Shown: in pieces, positions 21,109 to 31,276 of the stretch | Layout: every line of letters begins with the position of its first letter | How positions within the stretch are numbered: position 1 is the first letter of the stretch | DNA from: Vicinamibacteria bacterium | GTDB lineage: Bacteria; Acidobacteriota; Vicinamibacteria; Marinacidobacterales; Marinacidobacteraceae | Length of the DNA: 64,000 bases | Assembly (NCBI GenBank): GCA_964291235.2 | Contig: OZ219816.1 | Coordinates: 288,001-352,000 of the forward strand | Reading direction: 5' to 3' | The notes under the pieces: generated by a model | Seen by the model: the letters and a program-made list of their open reading frames with translations, nothing else | Told to the model about the DNA's origin: nothing | The model's database searches: none | Made by a program: the position numbers and the translations under genes

Positions 21109-22037
21109 CGTCGATCTCCGTGGGAATCGACCGTCTCGGCCTCGCCCGTTTCGATGCGGCGGAGAATGCGCAGACAGGCGCTCCTCGACCGGGGATTGGC
21201 GCCTCGTTCGTCCTCATCGGCGCGAATGGGCTTCTTCGTCCCCAGCTCGAAACCGGCCTGCGTGGCGAGCCGCCGAAAAGTGTGCTTGACGGGGCGGTCC
21301 TCTCCGGAGTGGTACGAGATCACCACCAGCACGCCCCGGTCCCCGAGCCGTCCGGGGGCCTGATGCAACGCGGTCGCCAGAACCTGCGGTTCGCGATTGA
21401 CCGCGGAGCGGACCGCGAGGAACGTCCGGGTTGCGGGATCGATGCGTCCCCGCCGGGGACCGACCGCCGCGATCACGGCGGCGCGGAGATCACCGGTCGT
21501 CCGGAGCGGCCGGCGCGCTGCAATGCGTCGCGCAATCGCGCGGGAGCGCCGCTCCCCGATCTCAAACAGCAGGTCGGCGATCTCGCGCTCGTCGAGCCGA
21601 TCGAGCAGCTCGGCCGCGGTCTCCCCCGCGCCCGGATCGAATCGCATGTCGAGCGGGCCGTCGTGACGCAGCGCAAACCCGCGTTCGGGCGTCTCGAGTT
21701 GGGGACTGGAGAGACCGAGGTCGAGCAGGATCCCGTCAACCCGGTCCCAGCCCACCCGGTCGAGAGCCGAGTCGAGTTCGGAAAAATCTGCCGCCAGGAA
21801 CCGGAAACGGGGCTCCCGGCCGGCCAGCGCCGCCGCGGCGGCCGCCGCTTCCGGATCCTTGTCGAGACCAAGCACCCGGGCGCCCGGGGCGGCCTCCAGG
21901 ATCGCCCGCGTGTGTCCACCGCGCCCGAAGGTCGCGTCGAGGTAACGACCGCCCGAGCGGGGAGCCAGCCAGCGGACCACCGTGTCCCGCAGCACCGGCA
22001 CGTGCGCCGGTGGTTCCGGGGTATCGCGCGCGCTCAT
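21105..22037 (-). CDS. rsmH: 16S rRNA m4C1402 methyltransferase
   Basis: HVPVL, DATFGRGGH, DLGLSSPQ, PLDMR, ISYHSGEDR, NPRSRSA. Confidence 0.95.
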   Translation of the reverse strand: MSARDTPEPPAHVPVLRDTVVRWLAPRSGGRYLDATFGRGGHTRAILEAAPGARVLGLDKDPEAAAAAAALAGREPRFRFLAADFSELDSALDRVGWDRVDGILLDLGLSSPQLETPERGFALRHDGPLDMRFDPGAGETAAELLDRLDEREIADLLFEIGERRSRAIARRIAARRPLRTTGDLRAAVIAAVGPRRGRIDPATRTFLAVRSAVNREPQVLATALHQAPGRLGDRGVLVVISYHSGEDRPVKHTFRRLATQAGFELGTKKPIRADEDERGANPRSRSACLRILRRIETGEAETVDSHGDRR

Positions 22038-22147
22038 CTCAGGCCGGAGCCGAAAAGGGAAACCGGACCGGCGGGACGACAGCGGGAACTGGGCCGGCGC
22101 CGGAGGGGCGCGTTGAACCTCCTGGAGAAACATGATCGGCTTCGAGA

Positions 22148-22585
22148 TCAGCCTCCCCTTGGAAAAACATACGTAAGGTCCTCGTCGGTGACGCGGTTTT
22201 CCTCGATTTGCGAGAACAACGTCGCGTGATTCCACACTTCGAGACGCCGCTCCAATCCAAGGACATCGACCTTGCCGACGAGATTCGCGTCCGTCCGGAG
22301 GTTCTGCGGTAGCAGGAGCCGGTTCTGGGCATCCAGTTCCGCCTGTTGTCCGTAGGCGCTCGTGGCGCGCGTGAACCTCAGGCGCGAGGGATGGAGCGCC
22401 CCCAGATCGTGGACGCGAGACTCGATTTCCTCCCAGACGCTGATCGGATAGATGGAGGCTGATCCGCCGTCGAGGCTGGTGATGTAAACCTGCGTGCCGA
22501 ACTGCTTCAGCAATTCAAGGAAACCGGCCGGAACCTTCAGTCTTCCCTTGGCATCCACAGTGGCGGGGTGATTGCCGCGAAACAC
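22148..22585 (-). CDS. mraZ: dcw cluster transcriptional repressor MraZ
   Basis: FRG...DAKGRL and DAQNRL double AbrB-type motifs; first gene of dcw. Confidence 0.94.
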   Translation of the reverse strand: MFRGNHPATVDAKGRLKVPAGFLELLKQFGTQVYITSLDGGSASIYPISVWEEIESRVHDLGALHPSRLRFTRATSAYGQQAELDAQNRLLLPQNLRTDANLVGKVDVLGLERRLEVWNHATLFSQIEENRVTDEDLTYVFPRGG

Positions 22586-22680
22586 GAGATCTGAGGGGGC
22601 TGGGTGGGAGGTTCGGCCTGCTCCCTGCCCACTTCGGAACCCGGTACTGGATGCGATCGCTGAATGAGAAGGGAGGTGGG

Positions 22681-22725
22681 CCTATTTCTACCACTTTCAG
22701 CCACAAATTTCTACCAGAAGACCAC
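22681..22725 (-). promoter_or_regulatory. Putative MraZ-binding direct repeats
   Basis: Plus-strand CCAC at 22691, 22701, 22722 and CTAC at 22711 (GTGG on the coding strand) at ~10-bp period upstream of mraZ. Confidence 0.65.
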
Positions 22726-22799
22726 TCGCGCTGGAGCGCCGGCCAGGAACCCCCACCGGGAGAACTGGGCCGGCCTCCGGCCGGCATCGCGGCCGCAGG

Positions 22800-23308
22800 C
22801 CGCGAAACTCCCGCGCCGCCATCGTCGACGACATGGTCCGGCAGATGGTGGAACGCATCACCTCGCCCCGCGCGCTGACCACCGAGGAGTTGGGCGTGCC
22901 GGATCCCCTAGACAGGGGTCCAAACAGCGCGAGGGCGCGGAGTGGATCGTCCTGAATGTGGTGTTGGCGGGTCCCGGGAACACGCTGCCCATGGATGAGA
23001 CTGCCGAGAACTACATGGCGATCAGGAGGGGCTGGCTCACCAGACGCGGGATAAGCGACGACTGCGCTTTGATCATGTTCGATGGCAGGGCGATGTCCCC
23101 GCCGCTACCGGAGATCAGCGCGATCATGGTGGACCGCCGTCGTCGCGACCGGGAGGCCGGCCGTGTCTATGCCTTGTCGGTCACTGGCAGCCTAGTCGTG
23201 AGGCGAGCAGGCTGGGAAAGGGGACGGTGGCTGCTGATGACCGAGAACTCCGACTCTTCGGCAGATTGGCCGGACGGTGCGATCATCCTCGGCGAAGTTC
23301 GGTTCTGA
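22800..23308 (+). pseudogene. Degenerate S24/LexA-CI-type peptidase domain (phage repressor C-terminal remnant); 5' boundary approximate
   Basis: LAGPG, FDGRAMSP (cf. GDSMEP), IMVDR, GRVYAL, LVVRR (cf. VKR), ILGEV; no HTH recognisable. Confidence 0.6.
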
Positions 23309-23383
23309 GCTCACTCGACGCTCGCGGAACAGGAAGCGAGCATCGTCGGCGGTTAGGACCACCTGGAAGGAGGACCAGGCAAG

Positions 23384-23749
23384 ATGAAATTGAAGCACTG
23401 CGCGCTGGCCGCCTTGCTCTTCGTCGTGCCCGCCGCGTGTGGCCCTGAGACCCGAGTGACCTCCGAGGAGTTCCAGGCGGGGGACCGGCCGCTGACGGTT
23501 GACGGAGGCTCGCTACGGTGCGAGCGGCGCGGGTCCGTAGTCCTTCCCGTGTTCCGGCCGGACGGCCGCGACGCCGAGTTCTCGTTCAGGATGCACTCCC
23601 AGGACTACCCGGATCTCTTCGCGCCGACTTCCCCTCTGTGGGCGTGGGACACCGAGCAGCGGGACGCCGCGGGCGAACCGATCGGCCGGATCTCGTATCT
23701 GCCGTTCGCCGAGTGGGCCGAGGCGATCTGCGGCCCTAGGCTCCAGTAA
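23384..23749 (+). CDS. Lipoprotein, YebY/DUF2511-like
   Basis: AGGAGG RBS, signal ending PAAC, PLTVDGGSLRC and C-terminal Cys. Confidence 0.65.
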   Translation: MKLKHCALAALLFVVPAACGPETRVTSEEFQAGDRPLTVDGGSLRCERRGSVVLPVFRPDGRDAEFSFRMHSQDYPDLFAPTSPLWAWDTEQRDAAGEPIGRISYLPFAEWAEAICGPRLQ

Positions 23750-23856
23750 AGGGACGGCCGCGGGTCGATTCCGGACTGAGACCCCGCCGGGTAGTGGTCA
23801 AGCTTGCCTGAGTGCAAGTCGTACCGCCTGGCGACCTACCGGAACCGAGGCGGCGG

Positions 23857-24051
23857 TTAGCCTTCTGTCGAGAGGACTCTCAAGCCTTGCCACGCAATCG
23901 CCGCGCCTGCTCCACCTGTCGTAGAGGCAGCGACGAGACACTGCCACGGCCCCTGTGTTGCGAGCACGATTAGGGTAGCCAGATAAGCAAGTCCGAGCAC
24001 AAAATTCAAGCTGTATCTGACGATAAGAACGCAGGCCCGTCGCCGCTTCAT
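23857..24051 (-). CDS. Small hydrophobic membrane protein (64 aa)
   Basis: Basic N-terminus plus two hydrophobic segments; ATG 2 nt after upstream stop. Confidence 0.5.
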   Translation of the reverse strand: MKRRRACVLIVRYSLNFVLGLAYLATLIVLATQGPWQCLVAASTTGGAGAAIAWQGLRVLSTEG

Positions 24052-24053
24052 TT

Positions 24054-24443
24054 CTAGGCGTCGTCGGAGTCATCTCCAGGGACGAGCCACTCGGCCAAAC
24101 GGTCGATTGGAGTGCCCTTTCTTAGTCTCTCCGGAGGCCAGACAAAGGGCGCCAGCGCGACCTCTGAAATCAGAACGGCAGCCTGCTCCACAATCCCAAC
24201 TGCGGGATTTCTGCGTGGCATGGCCGGACCAATGAGGAAGGATGCCGTAGCCCTCTCCTGGAAAACCGAAGTAGACCCCACCGGAAGGTCAGGCGGAACG
24301 ACAGGGTCAAAGCTCTTTTCAACCAAGACATAGGCAGTGGTTTTTTGCTCACCTGCAACCGGCGGGGGTGGTGCCGAGCCTCCGGCGAGAGAGGACGCCA
24401 CAGCCACCGAAAGGAAGAATGTGCTCCCTTGCGATTTGCTCAT
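24054..24443 (-). CDS. Hypothetical protein (129 aa)
   Basis: ATGA coupling to upstream ORF; lower-GC codon usage. Confidence 0.5.
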   Translation of the reverse strand: MSKSQGSTFFLSVAVASSLAGGSAPPPPVAGEQKTTAYVLVEKSFDPVVPPDLPVGSTSVFQERATASFLIGPAMPRRNPAVGIVEQAAVLISEVALAPFVWPPERLRKGTPIDRLAEWLVPGDDSDDA

Positions 24444-24826
24444 TGTTGCCGACTTTCCACCTGTGTTGGGGTCTCTGACTGCGCTGGGATTTCAACTGGG
24501 GCACACGGAGGCAAGCCCACCTGCGCCCGGAGTCCTTCCCGATTCGCGACATTCTGTAACAGAATCTCGATAAGCGATTTCATCTCGTCTGGAGCGAAGT
24601 AGAGCCGGGCCACGGTTTGCACCTTGAATTGCTTTCCCTTCCTCCCTCCGGATGACTCCCTAAAGGGAGGCGAAACCATCCCTAGGTTAATCAGGTGTCC
24701 CCGTGCATTCGTGTGAGCTAAGACTGCGTTGCAGGGCTGAACGGGGACATCATCCTTCCCCGGCCAGTCCATGTCCATCACATTGATCTCACCAACGCCC
24801 TCTTTCGAATTGGATTTCGCGCTCAC
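24440..24826 (-). CDS. DUF3467-like protein
   Basis: CNAVLAH...INLGMVSPP...VARLYFAPDEMKSLIEILLQN resembles the DUF3467 pattern. Confidence 0.6.
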   Translation of the reverse strand: MSAKSNSKEGVGEINVMDMDWPGKDDVPVQPCNAVLAHTNARGHLINLGMVSPPFRESSGGRKGKQFKVQTVARLYFAPDEMKSLIEILLQNVANREGLRAQVGLPPCAPVEIPAQSETPTQVESRQQ

Positions 24827-24849
24827 AAGTTGACGCTAACAGCCCACGA

Positions 24850-24903
24850 ATTCCCTGTCAATCAGGGAATGCTTGCCGAACTCCCCCAGTTTTCAGAAAA
24901 CTG
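24850..24903. promoter_or_regulatory. Two operator-like palindromes
   Basis: ATTCCCTG-TCAAT-CAGGGAAT (24850-24870) and CAGTTTTC-A-GAAAACTG (24887-24903) upstream of the lower-GC operon. Confidence 0.45.
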
Positions 24904-25320
24904 AGACACGCCCCCCGCCGAGTCTCTTGACAGCGACGCGCTGCGTCGTGTACGGGATCGGCTTCCGATAATGGATCGCGCGTCCATAATTCGGTCAACT
25001 GTGAGCGGGTTCGACTAAATCCGCCCGCTAAACCATTGAGTTTCCTGGCGATTCCACGCCTCACGGCCTGCCAGCCCAACTGTCCGCCCACGTCAGGGCT
25101 ATTGTCCGAGCGCGCCACGTGTATGTCCGGCTGCGCCACACCAAGTGTCCCGCACCGCGCGCGGCACGCCCCCCAGGCCGAGCCGGCGCCCGGGGCCTAA
25201 CCCTTTAACTAATGCGCGCTTGTGTCCCGTCGAATCCCGTGCGATCCCACGCGTTCCCGCTTCACAGGCCCGGATGCTCCGGACGTCGCTTCAATTGTCC
25301 CCGCGCAACGCCCACCAGGA

Positions 25321-25348
25321 GGAGCGCCGGCGTCCAGCCGCCATCGCC
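25321..25348 (+). repeat. Degenerate REP copy
   Basis: GGAGCGCCGGCGTCCAGCCGCCATCGCC matches the REP end at 43884. Confidence 0.55.
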
Positions 25349-25376
25349 CGCGCCGCGGGCGGTGGCTCGCTCTCCG

Positions 25377-26441
25377 TCAGCCCACGTGGAACCGGATCAC
25401 CAGCACGTCGCCGTCCTGGACCGGGTAGTCCTTCCCCTCCAGCCGGAGCACCCCCTGTTTTCGGGCCGCGTCCCAGGAACCACACTCCACCAGACGGTCA
25501 TAGGAGACCACTTCCGCCCGGATGAAGCCGCGTTCCATGTCGGAGTGGATCTCGCCGGCCGCTTCCTGGGCGCGGGTGTTCCGGCGGATCAGCCAGGCCC
25601 GCGACTCCGTGTCGCCCGCGGTGTAGAAGGTGGCGCGGTCCATGAGCTCGAAGATGGCCCGGATCACCCGCTCGGCAGCGCCCGCCTCCACCCCGATGTC
25701 CCGGCGGAACTCGGCGGCGTCCTCCTCGGGCAACTCCGCGATTTCCGCCTCGATCCGGGCCGAGATCGCGGCCAGCCGGGTGTCCGCCCGCCGCTCGATA
25801 TCGTCGGACCCATCCCAACTGCGGGGATCCCTCCCGGCCTCGTCCTCGCCCGCGTTCAAGACGACGAGCTGCGGCTTGGCGCTCATCAACCCGTATCCGA
25901 CCAGCCGCTTGCGATCCGCTGCGCTCAGCGCCTCGCGGACCGGGGTCTCCTGTTCCACCGCCTGCCGGGCCCGGTCCAGCAAGTCCCGCTCTCCCCGGAT
26001 CGCTTCCGGTTTGCCGCGGGCGCGATCGCTGTCGAGGCGGGTGATCCGCTTTTCGAGGACCGCCAGGTCGGCGAGCAGTAGTTCCAACTCCAGGTTCGCC
26101 GCGTCGCGGCTCGGGTCCACAGAGTCGAACGGTGAGGGAACGGTCGGGTCCTCGAAAGCCCGGACGACGTGGACGATCGTGTCCACATCCCGGAGCGCGG
26201 CGAGGTTCTCCGTCTGCCCCGAGGCGCCCCGGCGGAGAGCGGGAATGAGGACGACCTCGACCGTGGCGGGGGTGGTTTTCTTCGACTCGTGGAGGCGGGT
26301 CAGGGTCTCGAGCCGCTCATCGGGAACGGCCAGCACCCCCCGCTTGGCGCCGGCGGCAAAGCCCGCCTGGGCCACCTGGGTCAGGAGCGAAAAGAGAGTC
26401 TTCTTGCCGGAAGCGGCAAAGCCGACGATTCCGGCGCGCAC
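25377..26441 (-). CDS. ychF: YchF/OLA1-family protein with degenerate G motifs
   Basis: VPDERL, HVVRAF, C-terminal TGS AGEIHSDMERGFIRAEV...RLEGKDY.VQDGD. Confidence 0.88.
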   Translation of the reverse strand: MRAGIVGFAASGKKTLFSLLTQVAQAGFAAGAKRGVLAVPDERLETLTRLHESKKTTPATVEVVLIPALRRGASGQTENLAALRDVDTIVHVVRAFEDPTVPSPFDSVDPSRDAANLELELLLADLAVLEKRITRLDSDRARGKPEAIRGERDLLDRARQAVEQETPVREALSAADRKRLVGYGLMSAKPQLVVLNAGEDEAGRDPRSWDGSDDIERRADTRLAAISARIEAEIAELPEEDAAEFRRDIGVEAGAAERVIRAIFELMDRATFYTAGDTESRAWLIRRNTRAQEAAGEIHSDMERGFIRAEVVSYDRLVECGSWDAARKQGVLRLEGKDYPVQDGDVLVIRFHVG

Positions 26442-26496
26442 GGCGGGGATGGTAGCCGTGCGGAGCCATCCGTCAGGCGGTTGGGGGTGCTGCTCC

Positions 26497-26536
26497 CGGC
26501 CTGCAGGCCGCGTGCCGGCCGAAGGCCGGCGGTCCC
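26497..26536 (-). repeat. Single REP-like double hairpin
   Basis: Minus strand GGGACCGCCGGCC-TTC-GGCCGGCACG-CGGCCTGCAGGCCG. Confidence 0.7.
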
Positions 26537-26540
26537 TTGC

Positions 26541-28454
26541 CTACAGATCCAGCGCCGCGGGGTCCGGAGCGCCGTCCCGGATGAGGAGGCGCCGTTCGGC
26601 GGGGTCCTTGCCCATCAGGTTGACGATGAAGGCGTCCGCTGCCGGACGGTCGGGGATCTCCACCCTCAGCAGGCTGCGGGTCTCCGGGTTCAGCGTCGTG
26701 TCCCAGAGCACCTTGGGCTGCATCTCTCCCAGTCCCTTGAAGCGGGTGATCGTCGGGTTCTTCGCGCCGGCTTTCCGGAGAATTGCTTCCTTGTCGGCCT
26801 CGTCGCGGGCCCAGTGGGTCGCGCCCCCGACGTCCACCCGGTAGAGCGGCGGCTGGGCGACGAACACCCGTCCCGCCTCCAGCAGCTTCCACATGAACTT
26901 GACGAAGTAGGCGAGCAGCAGGGTGGTGATGTGGTGGCCGTCGGCGTCGGCGTCGGCGAGCAGCACCACCCTCCGGTAGCGGAGCTTCCCGGGGTCGCAG
27001 TCGTCGCCGATGCCGCAACCAAGCGCCAGCGCGATGTCCCGCAGTTCGGCGTTTTCGGCCACCTTGGCCCGGGTCGCCTGCGCCGCGTTCAGGATCTTGC
27101 CCCGCAGCGGGAGCACCGCCTGGCGCATCCGGTCCCGCCCCTGCTTCGCGGAACCACCCGCCGAATCCCCCTCCACGATGAAGATCTCGGTCTCGTCGGC
27201 ATTCCGGGAGGCGCAGTCACTCAGTTTGCCCGGCAGGACGCTGCGGGTCCTGGTTTCCGCCTTTCGGGACACCGCCGCCGAGGCGGCTCGCGAAGCCTCG
27301 CGGGCGCGGGCGGCGAGCACCACCCGGTTCGCGATCCGCTCGGCAGCGGTGGGCGACTGGTTGAGCCAGCGCTCGAGTTCCGCCCGGACGGCGGCATCCA
27401 CCGGGGCCCGCACCTCGGGGTTGTTGAGCCGGTCCTTGGTCTGCCCCTGAAACTGCGGGTTCGCCAGGAACACGCTCAGGATCGCCAGGATCCCCTCGCG
27501 CATGTCCTCCGCCGCGATGCCCAGGCCCCGCGGAATCAGCGAGTGGGTTTCGAGGTAGTTCCGGACCGCCTTGGCCACCCCGTCGCGAAGCCCGGTCTCG
27601 TGCGACCCCCCGGACCCCGTCGGGATTCCGTTGACGTAGCTGCGGAACTCTTCGCGCGGCGCCTCGGTCCACCCCAGGACCAGTTCGAGGCGGCCGTCCC
27701 CGTTCAGCGGATCCCGCGCGAGTTCGAAGGCCGCCTCGTGGGCCAGGGTCAGCTTGCGTTCCCGGACGACCGCATCGAAGTAGTCCGGCAGGCCTCGCTT
27801 GTGCTTCCAGTCGTGCACTTGCCCCGATGCTTCGTCCGCGAAGGTCAACTGAAGACCCCGGTGGAGATAGCTGGTCTCGAGCATCCGGGCCGCGATCCGC
27901 TTCGCGTCGAGCTTGGGGTCCGGAAAGATCCGGGGATCGGGGAGGAAGGTGATCTCGGTGCCGGTCCCCTTCCCCGTCCCGGTTTCCTTCAGTTTCCCGA
28001 CCGGCTTCCCGCGCCGAAAGCGCATTTCCCACTGCCGGCGGTTGCGGCGGACCTTCGCCGTCAGCGACGAACTCAGCGCGTTCACCACCGACGCCCCCAC
28101 CCCGTGCAGCCCGCCGGATGCATGGTAGGCGCCGCGGTCGAATTTCCCGCCCGCGTGCAGGGTGGTGAGGATCACCTCGATGGCGGGCTTCCCGGAGGGT
28201 TTGTGCACGTCCACGGGAATCCCGCGCCCGTTGTCCTGGACACGGACCTCGCCGCTCTTCTTCAGGGTCACGTCGATCCGGGAGGCGTGCCCATTCATGG
28301 CCTCGTCCACGCTGTTGTCCAGGATTTCCCAAACCAGGTGGTGGAGTCCCTCGACGTCGGTCCCCCCGATGTACATGGCCGGACGCTTCCGCACCGGCTC
28401 GAGGCCCTCGAGGACGGTGATGTCGCGGGCGGTGTATTTCTGCCCGTTGCTCAC
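26541..28454 (-). CDS. parE: Type IIA topoisomerase B subunit (topo IV ParE-like)
   Basis: [53 protein letters not shown]. Confidence 0.8.
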   Translation of the reverse strand: MSNGQKYTARDITVLEGLEPVRKRPAMYIGGTDVEGLHHLVWEILDNSVDEAMNGHASRIDVTLKKSGEVRVQDNGRGIPVDVHKPSGKPAIEVILTTLHAGGKFDRGAYHASGGLHGVGASVVNALSSSLTAKVRRNRRQWEMRFRRGKPVGKLKETGTGKGTGTEITFLPDPRIFPDPKLDAKRIAARMLETSYLHRGLQLTFADEASGQVHDWKHKRGLPDYFDAVVRERKLTLAHEAAFELARDPLNGDGRLELVLGWTEAPREEFRSYVNGIPTGSGGSHETGLRDGVAKAVRNYLETHSLIPRGLGIAAEDMREGILAILSVFLANPQFQGQTKDRLNNPEVRAPVDAAVRAELERWLNQSPTAAERIANRVVLAARAREASRAASAAVSRKAETRTRSVLPGKLSDCASRNADETEIFIVEGDSAGGSAKQGRDRMRQAVLPLRGKILNAAQATRAKVAENAELRDIALALGCGIGDDCDPGKLRYRRVVLLADADADGHHITTLLLAYFVKFMWKLLEAGRVFVAQPPLYRVDVGGATHWARDEADKEAILRKAGAKNPTITRFKGLGEMQPKVLWDTTLNPETRSLLRVEIPDRPAADAFIVNLMGKDPAERRLLIRDGAPDPAALDL

Positions 28455-30802
28455 GGCGGCCCCTTGAGTGGCTGCGGCAGGACCACTTCGGTCTTCACCT
28501 TTTCGAAGCCCGCCTTGTTGACGAGCTGTCCCCGGCGGCCGCGGGCGCCCACCCGGAACTTGTCCCCGGCAGCGATGAGGCGGGTCCCGCCCCCCCGGGT
28601 CTCCACGGCAAGCGGTTCCCGGCGCCGCGCCACCCGGAAACCGATCACCTGGTCTCCCGGGCCGAGATTGATGGCCCTGACCCCCAGCCCTGCCCCGGAG
28701 AGAACGTTGATTTCCTCGACGTCGCAGAGCAGCGCGCGGCCGTCCCGGGTCGCGAGGATGAGCGTGTCCTCGCCGGTGGTGAGCACCGCACCGACGACTT
28801 CGTCACCTTGCTTCAGCCGGGCGAAGCGCCGGCCGTTTCGGTTCGAGGGCTGCTGGAAGGCCTCCAGACTGAAGCGCAGGGCGTAGCCGCTCCGGGTCAG
28901 CGCGATGGCGTGGAGTTCGGGGAGGCCGCCCTCGGCGGCGGCGATCTTTCCCTTGAGGGCCCGGGAGTCCAGCGCCAGCAGGCTCACGATTCGCTCGCCG
29001 TCCCGGAGCGCAAACATCTTCTGCACCGGATCCCCGTAGCCGGTGGTCGCCGGGGCATCGGCGATCCGGGCCGTGAACGCCGTCCCCATGGACGAGAACA
29101 ACACGAACGGAACACGCGTACTGCCCGGTTCCAGGGCGAGCACCTCGTCACCCTCGCGAAGCCGCAGCTTGTCGAGTTCCCGCACCTCGCGCTGGCGTTT
29201 GATCCAACCGTCGCGGGTCAGGACGAGGGTGGTGTCCTCGGCCAGAATGAAGTCCTCCTCCGCGAAATCGGCTTCCTCCGTGAACTCCGGGAACTGGGTG
29301 CGGCGTTCCTGCGCGGACCACGGGCGATCCCGGATCTCGACCAGTTCCTCGCGAACCAGCGCCGTGATCGCCTTCTCGCTGCCCAGGAGCCGCTTCACTT
29401 CGCGAAGCCTGGTCTTCCGCCGCTTCATCTCTTCGAGGATCACCTGGATCTCGAGTCGCGCCAGCCGGTAGATCTTGAGTTCGAGGACCGCCTCCGTCTG
29501 TTCGCGATCGAGCGGCAGCTCCGCCATGATTTTCTGGGCGGCATCCGCCTTCCCGTCCGAAGCGCGCACGATCTCCAGAATCCGGTCCAGGACGTCGAAG
29601 ACCCGGGCGAATCCTTCGAGGAGGTGGAGCCGGCCGAGGAGCTTGCGCTGCTCGTCCTCCAGCCGCCGGCGCACCACCTCGCGCCGGAAGTCCAGAAAAT
29701 CCTGAAGGAGGGTGCGAAGGCCGACCCTTTCGGGCGCCCCGCCCTCGGAACGCTCGAAGCGCAGGCACGTCAGGTCCACCGCTACCGAGGACTGGAGCGG
29801 AGTCCGTTTGTAGAGGAAGGCAAGGACCTTGTCCTTGTCGACGTCCTTTCTCACCTCCAGCCGAATCTGCACGTCGTCGGTGGAGAGATCGCTGACGTCG
29901 AGCAGGGCCGGCAGCGAGCGGTCCGCCACGATCTCGCCGAGACGCTGGACGAGCTGCGCCTTGTTGACGCCATAGGGAACCGAAGTGATGAAGAGCGTCC
30001 GGATCTGACGTCTGGTACCGGCGTCGGTCACCGTGCCGCGCACGCGGATGGACCCGCGTCCCTCTTCGTAGATCGCGGCCAGCCGCTCGGGGGGATCCAG
30101 GATCTCGCCGCCCGTCGGAAAGTCGGGACCCCGAACGGTCTCCGCCAGATCGCGGGAGCGGAGCGACGGGTCGTCGAGCAGCCGGATCAGCGCCGCCACC
30201 ACCTCGAAGAGATTGTGCGGCGGAATGTTGGTGGCGACCCCGACCGCGATCCCGGTGGATCCGTTCACCAAGAGCAGCGGCAGCCGGGTGGGAAGGACTA
30301 CCGGCTCGGTGCGGGTGCCGTCGTAGGTCGGACGATGGGGGACGGTGTCGAGCCCGATTTCCCCGAGCACGTCCTCGGCAGCCTCGGCAAGCCGGCACTC
30401 GGTGTAGCGCATCGCCGCCGCCGGATCGCCGTCGAGCGATCCGAAATTGCCCGCGCCCTCGATCAGCGGCAAGCGGGACGAGAAGGGCTGCGCCATCCGC
30501 ACCAGGGCCTCGTAGATGGCGGCGTCGCCGTGGGGGTGGTAGCCGCCCATCACGTCCCCCACCACCTTGGCGCACTTGCGGAAACGACCGTCGGCGCGAA
30601 GCCCCTGGCGCCACATGGTGGTGAGGATCCGGCGCTGCACCGGTTTGAGGCCGTCGCGCACATCGGGGAGCGCCCGGCTGCCGATCACCGACAGCGCGTA
30701 CGTCCGGTATCGATCCTGAACGACCTCTCCGAGCGGAGCCGCGACTCCGTTCTCTTCGGTACCCCTTCCGAGCGGCAGCGGACGCCGCTTCGATCGCGCC
30801 AC
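28451..30802 (-). CDS. parC: Type IIA topoisomerase A subunit (topo IV ParC-like)
   Basis: [29 protein letters not shown] catalytic Tyr; no canonical GyrA-box seen. Confidence 0.8.
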   Translation of the reverse strand: MARSKRRPLPLGRGTEENGVAAPLGEVVQDRYRTYALSVIGSRALPDVRDGLKPVQRRILTTMWRQGLRADGRFRKCAKVVGDVMGGYHPHGDAAIYEALVRMAQPFSSRLPLIEGAGNFGSLDGDPAAAMRYTECRLAEAAEDVLGEIGLDTVPHRPTYDGTRTEPVVLPTRLPLLLVNGSTGIAVGVATNIPPHNLFEVVAALIRLLDDPSLRSRDLAETVRGPDFPTGGEILDPPERLAAIYEEGRGSIRVRGTVTDAGTRRQIRTLFITSVPYGVNKAQLVQRLGEIVADRSLPALLDVSDLSTDDVQIRLEVRKDVDKDKVLAFLYKRTPLQSSVAVDLTCLRFERSEGGAPERVGLRTLLQDFLDFRREVVRRRLEDEQRKLLGRLHLLEGFARVFDVLDRILEIVRASDGKADAAQKIMAELPLDREQTEAVLELKIYRLARLEIQVILEEMKRRKTRLREVKRLLGSEKAITALVREELVEIRDRPWSAQERRTQFPEFTEEADFAEEDFILAEDTTLVLTRDGWIKRQREVRELDKLRLREGDEVLALEPGSTRVPFVLFSSMGTAFTARIADAPATTGYGDPVQKMFALRDGERIVSLLALDSRALKGKIAAAEGGLPELHAIALTRSGYALRFSLEAFQQPSNRNGRRFARLKQGDEVVGAVLTTGEDTLILATRDGRALLCDVEEINVLSGAGLGVRAINLGPGDQVIGFRVARRREPLAVETRGGGTRLIAAGDKFRVGARGRRGQLVNKAGFEKVKTEVVLPQPLKGPP

Positions 30803-30853
30803 GGGTCAGCTTCTCGGAGCCGCCGCGGGGCGCGAAACTCCGGAACGGAGAGA

Positions 30854-31234
30854 ATGAACCCCGTGCGCAACAGCCGGCATCAGGGATGGGCGCTCCTGGC
30901 GCTCTTCGCCATCAGCCTGGGCGTCTCCGCGCTCCTGCGGGATGCCGCCCCCGACATCACCCTTTGCGGCGTCAAGGCGCTCTCCGGCCTGCCTTGCCCA
31001 TTCTGCGGCGGGGTCCGCGCCACTGCGGCGCTGGGGCGCGGCGCCGCCCTGGAGGCCTTGGCCTGGAATCCGGCGGTCACCCTGCTGAACGCCGGGATGC
31101 TCGCGAGCGGAGCGGCTCTGGTGGCGGGGGTGACGCCGCCATGGCTCACTCCCGGCCGCCAGCGCCTCGTCTTTCAAGCCGCCGTCGCCGTCCTGCTGGT
31201 GAACTGGATGTACCTGCTGGCGGTGGGCCGCTGA
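30854..31234 (+). CDS. DUF2752 family membrane protein
   Basis: GLPCPFCGGVRA...WNP motif with TM helices; GGAG RBS. Confidence 0.8.
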   Translation: MNPVRNSRHQGWALLALFAISLGVSALLRDAAPDITLCGVKALSGLPCPFCGGVRATAALGRGAALEALAWNPAVTLLNAGMLASGAALVAGVTPPWLTPGRQRLVFQAAVAVLLVNWMYLLAVGR

Positions 31235-31276
31235 CGGCTCGTTTCCCGGTCGGGCCCCGCCTCGGGTTGTTCCGGA

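Noticed and set aside
26169-31234. Very long antisense ORFs (905 and 808 aa) opposite parE/parC, and similar ones elsewhere
   Set aside because: Expected stop-codon scarcity opposite GC-rich genes; only the last 126 codons (DUF2752) look real
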